DNA of 64,000 nucleotides from Eledone cirrhosa (GCA_964016885.1 OZ024740.1:360468001-360532000); one strand, 5' to 3'. Counted from the stretch's first letter, positions 25,410 through 40,227 are shown. The notes: a model not told the origin generated them from the sequence alone. Translations and numbers: made by a program.

Positions 25410-28400
25410 GGAAAAGTGGAATGAGCGGTATTCTGGGTATGAAGACATCCTCACCACTGGCTGGTCCATTTAAGACAGTAGCCTCTAAGACTTTTGACAT
25501 CATGGTCTTAATGGTCAGCCGCGTTCCGTTACAAAGTTTCGGAGGGTCTAAGTTTCTTAACAGCATAACTGGAGAGCCTCTTTTAAGTAGCAAATTATGC
25601 TGGGGAAGTCTTTGTGGTGTAAGGCTGTTTAGAAATTCAACCGGGTAATGCACCACCTCGTCCGTGTTGGGAACAGAGTCTATGGACTTGTAACTGATGG
25701 AATCACCAGGGAGTTGTTCTAGGAGTCTAAAATTTAATGCATCCACAGTGAAATTTTTTCGGCGCTAAGATTGCGCGCTGCTTCAGCCAATCGGGATCAG
25801 TGTAATTTCTGGGTAGGTAAGGAAACACCGTTGACATGAGATTTTCGGCTTTAGGTACAACATGCCCAAACGGAAGACATATAGGACCGTCATTTTCGCC
25901 AACTATAGTGCCATTGCCTATTTCCAATAGTTGCCTGGAGAACACCGTGGTCTCTTCATCACCACTAAGATGGACTCTCATGTTAGTTGTAAGATGCATC
26001 GTTTTTATATTTTGCCACAAGTAGGAACACTTGATGCTTGCGTTCACCTCGTCTGCCCTTGTTCCTTTCGAAATAATAGGAAGGGTCTGTCGAAAATCCC
26101 CAGCAAGCAAAACTGTCACGCCACCCATAAGCCGTGTATTCTGCCTAAGATCCTGAAGGGTACGGTCGAGAGCCTCGAAGGCGCCTTTATGGCTCATTGG
26201 CGCTTCATCCCAAATGATGAGGTTGCACTCGTTCAGAATTTTGCCTTTTGTCGAGCCGCGACTGATATTGCAGGTGGGCGTTTCTCTCTTGGATAAATCT
26301 AAGGGTAGCCTAAATAATGAATGGGCTGTACGACCGCCATGTATCAGGGTTGCCGCTATGCCACTGGAGGCCACTCCTAAAGCAATGTGTCCGCATTGCC
26401 TAACTTTAGCCAGAAGCAAGTTGATGACGAAGGTTTTGCCTGTTCCCGCCGGAGCATCAAGAAAAGAAATACCTCCCGCTTTGCAGTCAATACTGGAGAT
26501 TATCATGTTGTAGGCAGTCCTCTGGTCTGACAAAAGTCGAGGCTCGTTGAGCTGTACATAAGCTGCCAAATGCACCTGGTCGTAGCTAATCTCGCGCATG
26601 TACTCAATGTTTAATGAACTGGATGCTTGCTGTGGTTGGGGCAAACCGAAGGTAGCGACGCCCTGACCTCCCATTGCTTGGACTCGTTTATCTAGGTCGA
26701 GTAAGGCCTCGTTGTAGATAGCAGAATTATATTCAAACCCAGCCGTAGGGTCCTGACGCGGAAGTCGGCGGAGGAAGTCTTCGGACATTCTGTTTTTGTG
26801 TGCCTCCCAAAGCTTTAAGGGGTCACTCAAACCGCATGTCATCAGCATGATCGAAAACAGCTGGCGCAGTTGAATTGATGCTTTGAAGGCAGTAGCCTCC
26901 TCCAGAGTCTGATCCCATTGAGCGTCATCTTCCAAGAGTCCAAGTTTGGCACATGCCTCCCTATACGTAGTGCAGAGTTTGCCATTGATGCGCCGTAGCT
27001 CAGTGAAAGAAGTAGGACCCCTAACACCGTGCAGCAACATACGTAAATAAAAGCACTCATGGTAATTTGGATGCACTGTGTACACCCTCCCGATGGCATC
27101 GCTTTTAAAAACGTCTTCTCCGTTCACGTGAACGTGTGCTCCCTGTCGGCGCCTGGTCCATTTATTATGTGCCCAGGTGTAGTAGGTTGGGACGTCGGCA
27201 TAATGAAGCGTTTTAGCAAACGGATCTTCTTGGCACAATTGAAAGAAAGCCGTTAATTTTGTTGCAGGTGGGTTGGCCACCATGCGGCTGGCGGTTTCGT
27301 CAGTATAGTACACTCTTTGCCCATTCTCCAAGTGAATATTCAAGTTTACGACTGTTGGTGAACGCTGATGAATGTCAAAACCAAAAATCCTCCAAATCGC
27401 CTGATTGGATGAAATGTACCTGCCGATTTGATATTGTTGTATTTCATCAGGTTGTGCCCTGCCACCTTGGAGTTCAATGACAGCCATATCCCCTCTCTTG
27501 TTTATGTACTTGCATATGTACTTAATGCTCTTCACCGACGTACATGACTCAACATTGATGTAAGCATTAAAAATCTTGGCAAGAAGAGGGTTATATGGTA
27601 CCACCCACCTGTTGTCGAGGACAATCTCCTGCCCGTGCAGCTTTATTTTTGCTGTAGCCCCACCATCCGCGGGTGCGCGCCGTCTATAGATAGGATAGCC
27701 GTCGATCCCTGTGCGTGTTTCCCGTGTAAAAGATCGTGGAAACCTTTTAGTGCACTTGTTATTCTCCATGCAAGGTGAATTAAAGTTAAGGGTGCCGCAG
27801 GGTCCGTGCATCAATTGTTTGCTCACGGTGTTGAACAATTGCACATCGGTTTGCGGATTGGGCAGTTCTGCGCAAATAATGTTGTCCATGTCCGCTGTTC
27901 GTATCCTGTCCTTGCACCATATAAGGATGTGAGCATGTGGTAGTCCCCGCTTCTGCCACTCCACGGTATACATCCATGCATTAAGACCACCAAATATTTT
28001 GCCGTCTTTCAGTAGCCACATCAATTTCTTGAGTTTCTGCTGGAAGACTCTGGCTATGAGGTCGTGCCTGTCACTACTCACCTGGCCCCGGAAGAAGTAG
28101 GTTTGAATTTCCTCCCATTTTGGATTGCAAGTGAGAGTGATGAAAAGATCAGGCCTGCCAAATTTACGAACACAAGACATTGCATCCTGCATTCTTTGGT
28201 GCATATACCGAGGGGATCCTGTGAAACTTGATGGAAGGATCACCTGTTGTCCGACGTTTCCGGCATAGCCATCACGAATCAGGGCGTCCTGTAAATGGAT
28301 GTATTCCTCCGCACGCAGTTTCTTTTGGTTGAGTCGAATAAAAAGCAGACGTTCTGCCTCGATTTTGGCAAACATATTCACAATGTATTGATTCGTCAGC

Positions 28401-29925
28401 TGCCTGAATCGAAGAAGCTGATTAAAATCTCCACTCCTTACCATAAAGCGGTAGGCATAAAAGTCCATACATGAAATGGATTTCCGTGATTCACTACCAT
28501 TGGAATAATTTACGAAGAGCAAAATTGTATCCGTCCTCTCCGTGGGGGAATAAAAGAGGATACTGAAGGCAATCATACGATCTATGTGTCTCTGTGACAA
28601 ACACCAGCCGACTGTCACGGTGCTGAAGGACAATATCGCGTTTACCATGCTCCTCGCCAACCAAAATCACTGCTACCTTATTGGTATTTGGTGCATTGAA
28701 ACGACGGGCATGCTCGCCAGCTGGTCGCCTGTCAGCCCTTATAATCACCTTGATGTTCGGCGTGGTTTCAATTTGTTCCAAGGCAAACTTGAAATCGTGA
28801 ACGTAGGGATGAGTCACATGGAGCATTGTCTGCAGACTTGCTATTATTCGCCTATCTACACCCTCGTTTAACTTGCAGCGTTGGTCAATCTCGGCCTCAC
28901 CTCCACCCAAAAAGAAAACCTGCAGAAACTTTGACTCTTCATTTGGACGCGGACGAAGACTACCCATGCGATGGTAGCATTGGCCTTGAAGTCTGAATGT
29001 AGTGAAAACGTTGTTGTTGGGGTTCACGCTGTTGTTGGTGTTGTTATTGTCTACACCAAAGGAGGTCATCATGAAACAGGAGTTGTATTTCCACATATTA
29101 CGGCGGAACGTTGTAGCCGTAGTGTCGTCACCTGTAAGTAGATTCAGAAGAGCATATGGCGGGTCAGCCAATGCTCCTAGTTGCACCTTACCTCCTGCAC
29201 AGCACATAGAAGGCGCCTCGCCTGGCCACTTCATTGCGTTGCAGGATGTACAGACATTATCCATTTTACCGATGGAAATTGTAGGCAGAAGTCCGTAATC
29301 CTCAGAGGGGTTATATCTGAAGGCTGCTTTTACCCAGCCTGAGCTCTTGTTAGTAGTAGTTAACGTATGCCGGGAACGCTTAGCAGCAAGCCTGTTGTCT
29401 CTGTCTGCCGTGGACTCCTCTGCAAGTGCTTGTTGACGATGAAGGCGAACACCAGCAAGCCTCGTCTGACGGTATGTTGGTGATTCCTCTGCCAGCGCTT
29501 GTTGGCGATGAAGGCGAACATCAGCAAGCCTTGTCGTACGTGATGTTGGTGACTCAACCAGCCGGGAAAGACGTCTATCAGCGAGTCGAGATTCGCGCTC
29601 AGCAGGTGTTTCCTAGAGAAAATTAATTAATTCTTCTGGTTAGCTAAGCCAATGGCAGTGTCAATAGTAAATGAGAAAAGTCTAACATGAACAAAAGGGA
29701 ATCAAGGTAAGACAAATTTAATATAACTACGATTAGAATGTTGTAGTTGCTTAAAAGTGGTGACAGTTAGGATAAACGCAGTACTTGCTAACATTAAGGG
29801 AGAATATTGCATAAAGGATTAATCAATTGTGAATGAACTCATACCTGAGAACGCCTAATTCGTTGTCTCAAAGCAGTAGCTGTACCTTTTTTGGAGGTAA
29901 GTCTTGAACGTTTCCGTGTAGGCAT
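25410..29925 (-). pseudogene. Helitron Rep/PIF1-helicase (RepHel): spliced N-terminus, two frameshifts, C-terminus missing
   Basis: Zn motif CTSC..CCAGG. HUH Rep motifs DLFITLTCNPKW, VEWQKRGLPHAHIL and KYICKYINK. Helicase motifs APAGTGKT, IIWDEAPM, GDFRQTLP and LCNGTRL. Frameshifts near 28500 and 25750. Predicted exon 1 29925-29845, intron 29844-29613. Confidence 0.9.
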
Positions 29926-30047
29926 AACGACGTGTAACGAAGCTGTTAGGTTAGAGAGAGGTGATTAAGTACAGAGAGAGATGACACCAGATTCGCTAGC
30001 ATGGTTACTGGTGAATGGGAAAGTTTGGAAATATGATTACAATAACT

Positions 30048-30306
30048 TACCGAATTTTCCGGTCTATAAATTGCACTTAAAATAATTAAATTTAATCAAA
30101 AAACAGCTCTGTGCTTTATACTCTGGTGAGCCTTATGTATAAATAATACAATGGTAATCAATCACGGCTCTAACAGAAGTAATAGATCTAGACTAAAAGT
30201 AAAGAAGATAGCATTTTCCTGGTTGGCCTTACACGCCGTTGCGCGGACCTGATTTTAAATGATACGCCTTATATCCTGGTGAGCCTTATAGAGCGTAAAA
30301 TATCTA
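30048..30306. mobile_element. Degenerate TA-flanked MITE (Tc1/pogo-like) inside the Helitron 5' region
   Basis: Imperfect TIRs TACCGAATTTTCCGGTCTATAA / TTATAGAGCGTAAAATATCTA, with internal GGTGAGCCTTAT repeats. Confidence 0.45.
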
Positions 30307-31454
30307 TTGGAAAAGAATGCGAATTCATGACCAAGGTGTGACAAAATAGGCGTCTATACAGCGCCTGAAACAAACTTGTCCAAAACCCTAGGATTTTTCT
30401 CGTTAAGTATCCACCCAAAAGGAACCGTTTTTTAGTTACAAAAAATAACCAAAGTGTATAGTAGCTATATTTCTGACATATCATGCCAAAAAGAACAATA
30501 TACTAAAAAAATGTTCTAAAGTACATTCAATCTCTCTTTTTGACCGATATCTTAATAAGCAAGTTATCGATATTTTTTTGCCTGTCAGTGTCTATCTGCA
30601 TGCAGGTGTGCACGTGTGCGCAATTAATTGCAAATGCGCTCATAACATTGTCGTAAGCAGAACAAAAAATGCCATTAGAGGTGGGCTAATAATGAAGACA
30701 CAAACCCTGGTGAACTTACGTTTATACACCCGAAAAGTTACTCACTTCCTGTGCAAAAGACTGTAACAGTAGTATTATAAATTAAGTAATTTTTTAGAAC
30801 CTTTTGTTTAAAAAAGGAAAACATTGTTACGGACGTAACATTTTTTACAACGTTGTATGTGTACAATACAACTTGGTCAACGTATTATTTAGTAATTTTT
30901 TTTTTCAAAAAGCATGATTATTTAAGACTGTTTGAAAATTTACTCACAGCTTTTAGCATCACAAAAGACACCATTAAATTTGGTTCCCTTTTCAGATAAA
31001 GATAATACTGTATTTCCACTTGAATAAGGTTGAATATGAAAAGATAAACTCTTTAATGGTCGGTCGTTTACTGAGACGGCTGGGAAGACATGCAGCTGGC
31101 CGTCCAATCAATAACGCACGTCCTTATATGGGCATATGAAATTTATTTTTATTGCGCCAGATGTAAACTAAGAGTTCTTGTGTTCGAATTCACATAAAAT
31201 TTCATTGGAATCGAAAAACATTCTGTCATAGGGGCCGATTATCGATTTTTCGAAAATTTCAAGTAGCCTATTCCACTCTATGCATTGAGTTTTATATATG
31301 TGTGAGGTTTCGTGAAAATTGGATGAACGGTGTAGCATGCAAGTTCGGAACACCAAACAATGCCCATCTTCACTTTATATATATATATATAGAATATATA
31401 TATATATATATATATACATATATAGTATATGTATGTATATATATTTATGTATAG

Positions 31455-31487
<33 letters not shown>

Positions 31488-31499
31488 TTATATGTATAT

Positions 31500-31532
<33 letters not shown>

Positions 31533-31659
31533 GTATAGTATATGTATGTATATATATCATCATCATCATCGTTTAACGTCCATGTTCCACGCTTGCATGG
31601 GTTTGTATATATGTATGTATATATATATATGTATGTATATATATATATATAGTATATGT

Positions 31660-32122
31660 ATGTATATTACTTTCACATACACACACACACACACGTACAC
31701 CTATACACACACACCACCTTCAGCCCTCCCCGCTCGGACACCCCGTCTCCCTCTCCCCACTCCACCCGCCACCACCCCTACACACCCCACACCCTTCCAC
31801 CACCTGTTTTACCCCTTTTTAATTTCAGTTTATTTTGATCATGCTTTTATATTTAATTTTATTTCCTTCCTTGTATTTTGATCATGCTTTATTTTTATTT
31901 TTATTTTTATTTTTAATTTCATTCGCACCATTTCCTTTCGCTATATGTCTCTCCACCACTCCCCTACACACCCTTTGAACTCTGTTCCCACACACTTCTC
32001 ACCTGAGGAAGGGCTTATGCCCGAAACGTCGTTCCCCACCACCACCCCACTCTCCAGAGCGTGAAATTAATAAACATTCGTTGTACTGCCTCTCTGTTTT
32101 GTTCCTGTTCAAATTTTTCCAT
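31660..32122 (+). mobile_element. Probable PLE 3' end with hammerhead core and AATAAA
   Basis: CTGAGGA-A-GGGC-TTAT-GCCC-GAAACGTCGT at 32003-32032. Stem I is not evident. Flanked by TA arrays. Confidence 0.45.
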
Positions 32123-33217
<1,095 letters not shown>

Positions 33218-36145
33218 ATCATCATCATCATCATCATCATCACCGTTTTACGTCCGTTCGTCCACGCTAGCATGGGTTAGACGGGTTGTCCTGTTGTGGG
33301 CAGTGTCTGGTCGGCTGACCATGCCTTGCTCATACAGGAACTGATCTGGCTTGATTTCTACAGCTGGATGCCCTTCCTAACACCAACCTCATTTACAGTG
33401 AGTGCTGGGTGCTTTTTCGTGGCGCCTACACGTCCACTTTACAGTGTGGGCTGGGTGCTTTTTTGCCGTGGCACCTCCACGACCACCTTGCGGTGGGGGG
33501 AGTGGGGGCATATTGTCTATATGCTTCAGCATGTACCCATGGGAGGTCGGGTACCCTGTATTACTGCGTGACGCCAGAAGTCACGGTCGTGCGTCATTGT
33601 CTTTGAGAGGTGTAGTTGGGTAAGGTCGGCTTTTATCACCTCATCCCAAGTCATCTTGGGTCTCCCCACTCCGCGGTTTCCATCAACTTCTAGTGCTCTG
33701 CACCTTTTTATGCAGCTGTCATCCTTCATACGCATCACATGTCCATACCAGCGTAACCGCCTTTCCTGCACGCAGCATTTGATTCCTCTTATGCTCAGTC
33801 TCTCTCTCAATTCCTTTATGCTTTGTCGTTCACGTATATTACTGTTACACATCCATCGGAGCATGCAGGCTTCGTTTCTCTCTAATCTACGTAAGTCTTC
33901 CACCTTCAGCGCCCAGGTCTCACTACCATGCAACATCGCTGTTCGGATACACGCATCATACAGTCTGCCTTTCATTCTGAGGGAGAAGCCTTTTGCAGCT
34001 AGCAGTGGTAGTAGTTCCCTAAACTTCTTCCATCCCGTTCTTACCCTAGTTATTGTACTTTCTGAGCACCCACCTCCGTTACTAATTCGGTCACCTAGGT
34101 AGCAGAAGCTGTCTACTGTTTCTACAGGGCCCTCCCAGAGATTGGTGGTACTTGTTTCCTGTGGCTGTTTACTTGCTGTTTCAGCACAGCTGCTGCATGT
34201 GAATCCTACATTCTTAATTAAGCTTCCTGAGATCCCGCTACATCTCTTGTGTACCCATTGTTTGCATTTGGGGCAGAGAATGGAGTTCCTACCTACACCT
34301 TTCCTACATACTGAGCAAGGCCATTTCCCTGAGGGGATCTGGGTTCTGTTTTCTCGTCTACTTACAAGGACCTTAGTCTTTGTCATGTTGACTTTGAGGC
34401 CCTTTCTCTCTAGTCCCTGCTTCCAGGTTTGGAATTTCTTCTCTAGTTCTACCATAGATTCATCTATGAGTGCGAGGCCATCAGCATACAGGAGTTCCCA
34501 TGGGCATCCGGTCTTAAACTCCTCCGTTATTGCCTGCAGGACTATGATGAACAGGAGAGGGCTAAGAACAGAGCCCTGGTGGACCCCAACCTGTACGCTA
34601 AATTCCTCGTTATACTCATTGCTAATCCTAACTTTGCTGACTGCTCCCCTATACATGGCTTGTACCGCTTTCACAAGCCATTCATCTACTCCTAGTTTTC
34701 TAAGAGCCCACCAGATTACAGCACGTGGAACTCTGTCAAAGGCTTTCTCAAGGTCGACAAATGCCAAGTAGAGTGGCTTACTTTTAGCTAGGTACTTTTC
34801 CTGTAATTGCCTCACAAGGAAGAGGGCATCAGTGGTGCCTCTCCCTGGTACAAACCCAAATTGCATCTCGTCTATATTCACCCGGTCCCTAATCAGCTGT
34901 GCTATAACTCTTTCTGTTACTTTCATGACCTGGTCCATCAACTTTATACCTCTATAGTTTCCTCTATCTAGTGCATCGCCTTTACCTTTGTAGCAGTTGA
35001 CAATGATGCTACTGCACCAATCTTTTGGTATGGCCCCTTCTAGTATTATCTGGTTAACGATACGTGTGGTTATAGTGTGACCTACAGACCCAGATGCCTT
35101 CAGCATCTCGGCAGCTATACCCGATGGACCGGTTGCCTTCCCCATCTTCATATCTCTGATTGCCTTACTTACTACGCTGCCGCTGACTTGTACTGCTGGT
35201 CCCTCTATAGGGTCTACATGGGGTAGGGTCTCTTCTTCCCATGCATTCTCCTCATTTAGTAATCTATCATAATGACTCTTCCATGCATCTTTCTTCTCAG
35301 CACTTGTGAGGGCAAGCTCACCTTTATCATTCCGGATACACTTCTCTCCAATGACATCGCAACTATCTCTGACACACTGCCTCGCAATCTTGAATACCTC
35401 CTGTTTCTGGTCCTCACGTTGTAAAACATGCTTGAATTTTCTATCCTCTGCTTCCCTCCTAGCTAAGTATACTTGTCGCCTAGCTTCCCTCTTGGTCTCT
35501 ATGTAATGTACCCTGCTCCCCCCGTTCTTCCATTCTTTCCATGCCTGTCTCTTGGCCTTGACTGCTTCATCTACCTTATTGTTCCACCACCAAGTCACTC
35601 TCCTCCTGCTTGAAGTCTTACTCCAGCCACAAACCTCATCCGTCGCCTCTAGTAAGTTATTTTTTAGGAACTCCCAGTTCTCTTCTACGTTAAATGTCTC
35701 TATCTGTTCTTCTTTACTGTCGTAGGCGTTGAGTAAAATATCTTTAAATCTGTTACTGGTTGAGGGGACTTTCAGCTTCCAGATCTTTCTTCTCCAGGTT
35801 GGCCTCTGTTTCAGGGCTCGTCTAGTTCTGACCGTGAGGTCGCTGACAACTAAGCTATGTTGGGATGTACATTCCTCACTAGGGAAGGCTTTTGTGTTTG
35901 CGACCGTCCATCTGTCACGTCCTCTGATGAGGATAAAATCTAACTGACTAGAGTGCTCCCCTGATCTATAGGTGATCAGGTGGTTGTCGGGTTTTTTAAA
36001 GTTTGTGTTACATATCGACATGTCATTGGCGTCGCAGAATTCTAGAAGTCTGAATCCTTCCTCATTCCTTGTGCCAGCTCCATAGCCTCCATGTACTCTA
36101 TTGAAGCCGTCGCAGTGTTTACCTACGTGTCCGTTAAAATCTCCT
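33218..36145 (-). mobile_element. RTE-clade LINE, family A, 5'-truncated, with (GAT)n tail
   Basis: Open frame from GDFNGH (APE endonuclease) through RT to [12 protein letters not shown]; 3' UTR contains TTAGGAAGGGCATCCAGCTGTAGAAA. Confidence 0.95.
33526..36021 (-). CDS. RTE ORF2 (partial APE, RT, PHD-type finger); catalytic YADD mutated to YADG
   Basis: [44 protein letters not shown] and YADG. Confidence 0.9.
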   Translation of the reverse strand: MSICNTNFKKPDNHLITYRSGEHSSQLDFILIRGRDRWTVANTKAFPSEECTSQHSLVVSDLTVRTRRALKQRPTWRRKIWKLKVPSTSNRFKDILLNAYDSKEEQIETFNVEENWEFLKNNLLEATDEVCGWSKTSSRRRVTWWWNNKVDEAVKAKRQAWKEWKNGGSRVHYIETKREARRQVYLARREAEDRKFKHVLQREDQKQEVFKIARQCVRDSCDVIGEKCIRNDKGELALTSAEKKDAWKSHYDRLLNEENAWEEETLPHVDPIEGPAVQVSGSVVSKAIRDMKMGKATGPSGIAAEMLKASGSVGHTITTRIVNQIILEGAIPKDWCSSIIVNCYKGKGDALDRGNYRGIKLMDQVMKVTERVIAQLIRDRVNIDEMQFGFVPGRGTTDALFLVRQLQEKYLAKSKPLYLAFVDLEKAFDRVPRAVIWWALRKLGVDEWLVKAVQAMYRGAVSKVRISNEYNEEFSVQVGVHQGSVLSPLLFIIVLQAITEEFKTGCPWELLYADGLALIDESMVELEKKFQTWKQGLERKGLKVNMTKTKVLVSRRENRTQIPSGKWPCSVCRKGVGRNSILCPKCKQWVHKRCSGISGSLIKNVGFTCSSCAETASKQPQETSTTNLWEGPVETVDSFCYLGDRISNGGGCSESTITRVRTGWKKFRELLPLLAAKGFSLRMKGRLYDACIRTAMLHGSETWALKVEDLRRLERNEACMLRWMCNSNIRERQSIKELRERLSIRGIKCCVQERRLRWYGHVMRMKDDSCIKRCRALEVDGNRGVGRPKMTWDEVIKADLTQLHLSKTMTHDRDFWRHAVIQGTRPPMGTC

Positions 36146-36171
36146 ATATATATATATATATAAAGTATATG

Positions 36172-36243
<72 letters not shown>

Positions 36244-36342
36244 ATATGTATATATATATATATATATAAAGTATATGTATATATATAAAGTATATGTATA
36301 TATATATATATATGATGTATATATATATATATAAAGTATATG

Positions 36343-36515
<173 letters not shown>

Positions 36516-36520
36516 ATATG

Positions 36521-36580
<60 letters not shown>

Positions 36581-36585
36581 ATATG

Positions 36586-36647
<62 letters not shown>

Positions 36648-36652
36648 ATATG

Positions 36653-36712
<60 letters not shown>

Positions 36713-36715
36713 AAG

Positions 36716-36765
<50 letters not shown>

Positions 36766-36768
36766 AAG

Positions 36769-36815
<47 letters not shown>

Positions 36816-36946
36816 GTGAGGTTTTTTTTACAAATTGAAAAATAACCGAGGTGTCCTACACGAGTGAAAGTATAAGCAAAAAAAGATGAAATCGAAAATG
36901 CAACTGGAGTCTTATTTTTTTTAAAAAGATATATATTTATTTGGTT

Positions 36947-36981
36947 CCTTTACCGGTTTCGCAGTTCTGCTTTTCAAAAGG
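36947..36981 (-). ncRNA. Minimal type I hammerhead ribozyme, U3-A8 core variant
   Basis: Minus strand CCTT-TTGAAAA-GCAG-AA-CTGC-GAAA-CCGG-TA-AAGG, near the 3' end of the PLE. Confidence 0.7.
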
Positions 36982-37359
36982 TGAGTTGAGATGGAGGGTC
37001 TGTGGTTTTTCTCACATCTGGTTGGTCTCTGAATGTTATTTGAAAAAGTGGCTCGAAATGCCAGGTTTTTCGAGAAGTAATTTGATTGGTTTGTCAATAA
37101 TTATAATAAATTTCGCGCCAGTTTGCGTTACAATAGTTCTTCAAATAAGAGGTGGGGAGGTTGTCACAGGTTGTTTTTTCATATATGAGTGTTTGAATTT
37201 CTTTTTACTTGAAAAAAGGGGCTCACGAAGGCTTTTTGTGGGTTGGTTATAAATGAAATTATGGCTGTCACGTGAACAAGTTTTCATTAAATTTTAGTGC
37301 CCTTATTTGGAAACCCATTCTGTAGACTTTTTAGAGAATTTTAAGATAAGTGAAAGATA

Positions 37360-37545
37360 ATTGTTTCTAGGTTAGGCACAAGGCCAGCAATCACCCAGTG
37401 CATTACTGGTACTTTATTTTATCGACCCCGTAAGGATGAAAGGCAAAGTCAACCTCGGCGGGATTTGAACTCAGATCGTAAAGGGACGTAACTATGCTGG
37501 AAAGCATGGCGTCCGACTCTCTACCGATACTGCCAATCCACCATT
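37360..37545 (-). mobile_element. tRNA-derived SINE inserted in the PLE 3' UTR with a 14-bp target-site duplication
   Basis: TSD ATAAGTGAAAGATA at 37346-37359 and 37546-37559; B box GAGTTCAAATCCC on the minus strand. Confidence 0.8.
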
Positions 37546-37676
37546 ATAAGTGAAAGATAGTGGTCAAGAGAAAGGGATGGGAGAATTGTTCTGGTTCAGT
37601 GAATATGGTTAGTTCGCTGGGGTGTCAGAGTTCAGATTTTCTATTGAAGTAAAGATATGTATGTTTATTTGTGTGC

Positions 37677-37709
<33 letters not shown>

Positions 37710-39410
37710 TATTGGAAGATGATTCTATTAGTAGAAATGGGGGAGGGAGTTGTGTGTATATGGGTGTTATGTGTGTGTGTGCGAGTATGTTAAGATGGAG
37801 AGAATATATATTTTGTGTGTGTGTATATATGTGTGTAGGAAAGTGGTTCTATTAGTAGAAATGGGGGAGGGAGTTGTGGGTGTGGGGGTTGTTATGTGTG
37901 TGTGTTGGAGTATGGTTAGCATGTTAAGATGAAGAGAATATATATATATATTGTGTGTGTGTGTGTGTAGGAAAATGATTCCTTTACTAGGAATATTTTT
38001 GAATGAACATATTTTCCTTACTTATTCGTATTTGTTCTGTTGTATTGTCAGTGCAAACGTATGTTAAGGTTTATTTAGTTCGGGTTTTTATTTTCTAAAG
38101 TAGAAGGTGTTATGTGTGTGTGTGTATGTCATATTATGGTGTTGACATAATGTATATTAAACCATATTTAATGCTGGTCTATATTTTTGAATAAACATAT
38201 TTTCCTTATTTATTCGTATTTGTTCTGTTGTATTGTTAGCGCAAAGGTAAAATGGGAAGACTTGGAATTTGGGTGTCTTATTACTTGCGCAAATGTCTAG
38301 ATCTGCACTTAGTGGTATCTGTCTCGTGGTTGGATCTCGTAATTGTTGGCGATGAACTGTCATTCTGTTTCTGAGTGTGAGTTTAGTTTGTCCTATATAA
38401 TCTTCATTGCATCCTTTACATTTAATGGCATAAATCAGATTTTTTGATGAGCAAGTGAAGTGATTTTTTTACAGTAAAATTTTGTCCTGATTTAAATGTA
38501 TACGTGTTGCCTTCAATGAGGTGAGTGCAGGTTCCACAATTAGAGCGACCACATTTTTTGATACTTGCTTGTGGGTTTGTGGTAGGTAATTTGGCATTGG
38601 TGAGTAATGTTTTCAGTGATTTTGGTTGTCTTTTGCTTTTGATTATTTTGTGTGTTTCAAGGGCTTTTTTCATTCTTGGGTCTTGTTTTAGTAGTGGGAT
38701 GTTCTTGTGAATAGTGTTGTAAGCTTCCGCATTTCTTGGGTTGTGTGTTGAGATATATGATAGAATATTGGACATACCTTGAATTTGTTTCTGTTTCCGT
38801 AATTCATCAATGCCTATTGCTTTAGCCCTTTCTATTCCATTATTTATTAGTAATAGTGGGTACTCTCTCTCGAGTAGAATTTCCTTTAATTCTTGAAGTC
38901 TTTTATTTCGCGTTTCATAATTGGAGACAATTGTAAAAATTCTTCTTGCTAGGTTAAAAGGAATGTTCGTCTTCGTGTGCTTTGGATGGTTGGAGGTGAA
39001 TAGCAGATATTGTTTGGAATCTGTTGGTTTGTAGTGTATGTCAGTTTCGATATTTATGTCTTTTTTTAAGATTAAGATGTCCAGAAATGGGAGTTGATCT
39101 TGGCTGTATTCCATTGTGAATTGGATGTGGTTATTGATGCCGTTTATTAACTTTTTGAAATCCTTCAGTTGGTCGAGTGTGTGGGACCAAAGAATGATGC
39201 AATCATCCAAGTAGCGTTTCCAATTCTCTGATAAATATTTGTGGAAGTTCAATCCATATTTTGATTTGGACTGTTCATATATCTGGACTTCTAAGTATGC
39301 CATGACTAAGTTGGAGCGGCTTTTGTACCCATCGATATTTGCTTGTAAGTATTGCCATCGAAATCAAAAAAGTTGTTCTGTAAGATGAATTTTAATCCCT
39401 ATATATAAAG

Positions 39411-39419
<9 letters not shown>

Positions 39420-39451
<32 letters not shown>

Positions 39452-39693
39452 TATATATATATATATATATATACTATATATCATCATCATCATCATCATC
39501 ACCGTTTAACGTCCGTGTTCCACGCTTGCATGGGTTTGGACGGGGGTAGTCCCACTTGATATATATATATATATATATATATACTATATATATATATATA
39601 TACTATGTATATATATATATATACTATATATATATATATATATACTATATATATATATATACTATATATATATATATACTATATATATATATA

Positions 39694-39786
<93 letters not shown>

Positions 39787-39807
39787 CTATATCTATATAT
39801 ATATATA

Positions 39808-39847
<40 letters not shown>

Positions 39848-39863
39848 TATATCTATATATATA

Positions 39864-39932
<69 letters not shown>

Positions 39933-39956
39933 TATATCTATATATATATATATATA

Positions 39957-39994
<38 letters not shown>

Positions 39995-40066
39995 TATATA
40001 TATATATACTATATATATATTTATATATTTATATATATATATATATATACTATATATATATTTATA

Positions 40067-40101
<35 letters not shown>

Positions 40102-40140
40102 TATATATATATTTATATATATATATATACTATATTTATA

Positions 40141-40172
<32 letters not shown>

Positions 40173-40175
40173 CTA

Positions 40176-40210
<35 letters not shown>

Positions 40211-40227
40211 TATATATATATATACTA

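Larger units (their letters stand above)
25380..31393 (-). mobile_element. Helitron, 3'-truncated
   Basis: 5' terminus TCTATATATA...AAGTGAAG near 31393 and a RepHel coding region. The helicase stops after IPRIPLIP, and I see no hairpin-CTRR 3' end. Confidence 0.85.
36810..39400 (-). mobile_element. Penelope-like element (Neptune-like Cys linker), 5'-truncated and frameshifted; coding remnant 39400-38157
   Basis: MGTKAAP, RYLDD, LPFLDI, HYKPTDSKQYL, linker CGRSNCGTC, and GIY-YIG YAIKCKGCNEDYIGQT...RMTVHR...KENMFIQKYRPALN. Confidence 0.9.

Noticed and set aside
25421-29626. Short plus-strand ORFs within the Helitron
   Set aside because: Antisense shadows of RepHel with no recognisable motifs.
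33296-35947. Plus-strand ORFs antisense to the RTE ORF (also 52715-54187, 49184-50557, 57383-59029)
   Set aside because: Shadow frames of the RT coding strand. They recur only because the element copies are near-identical.
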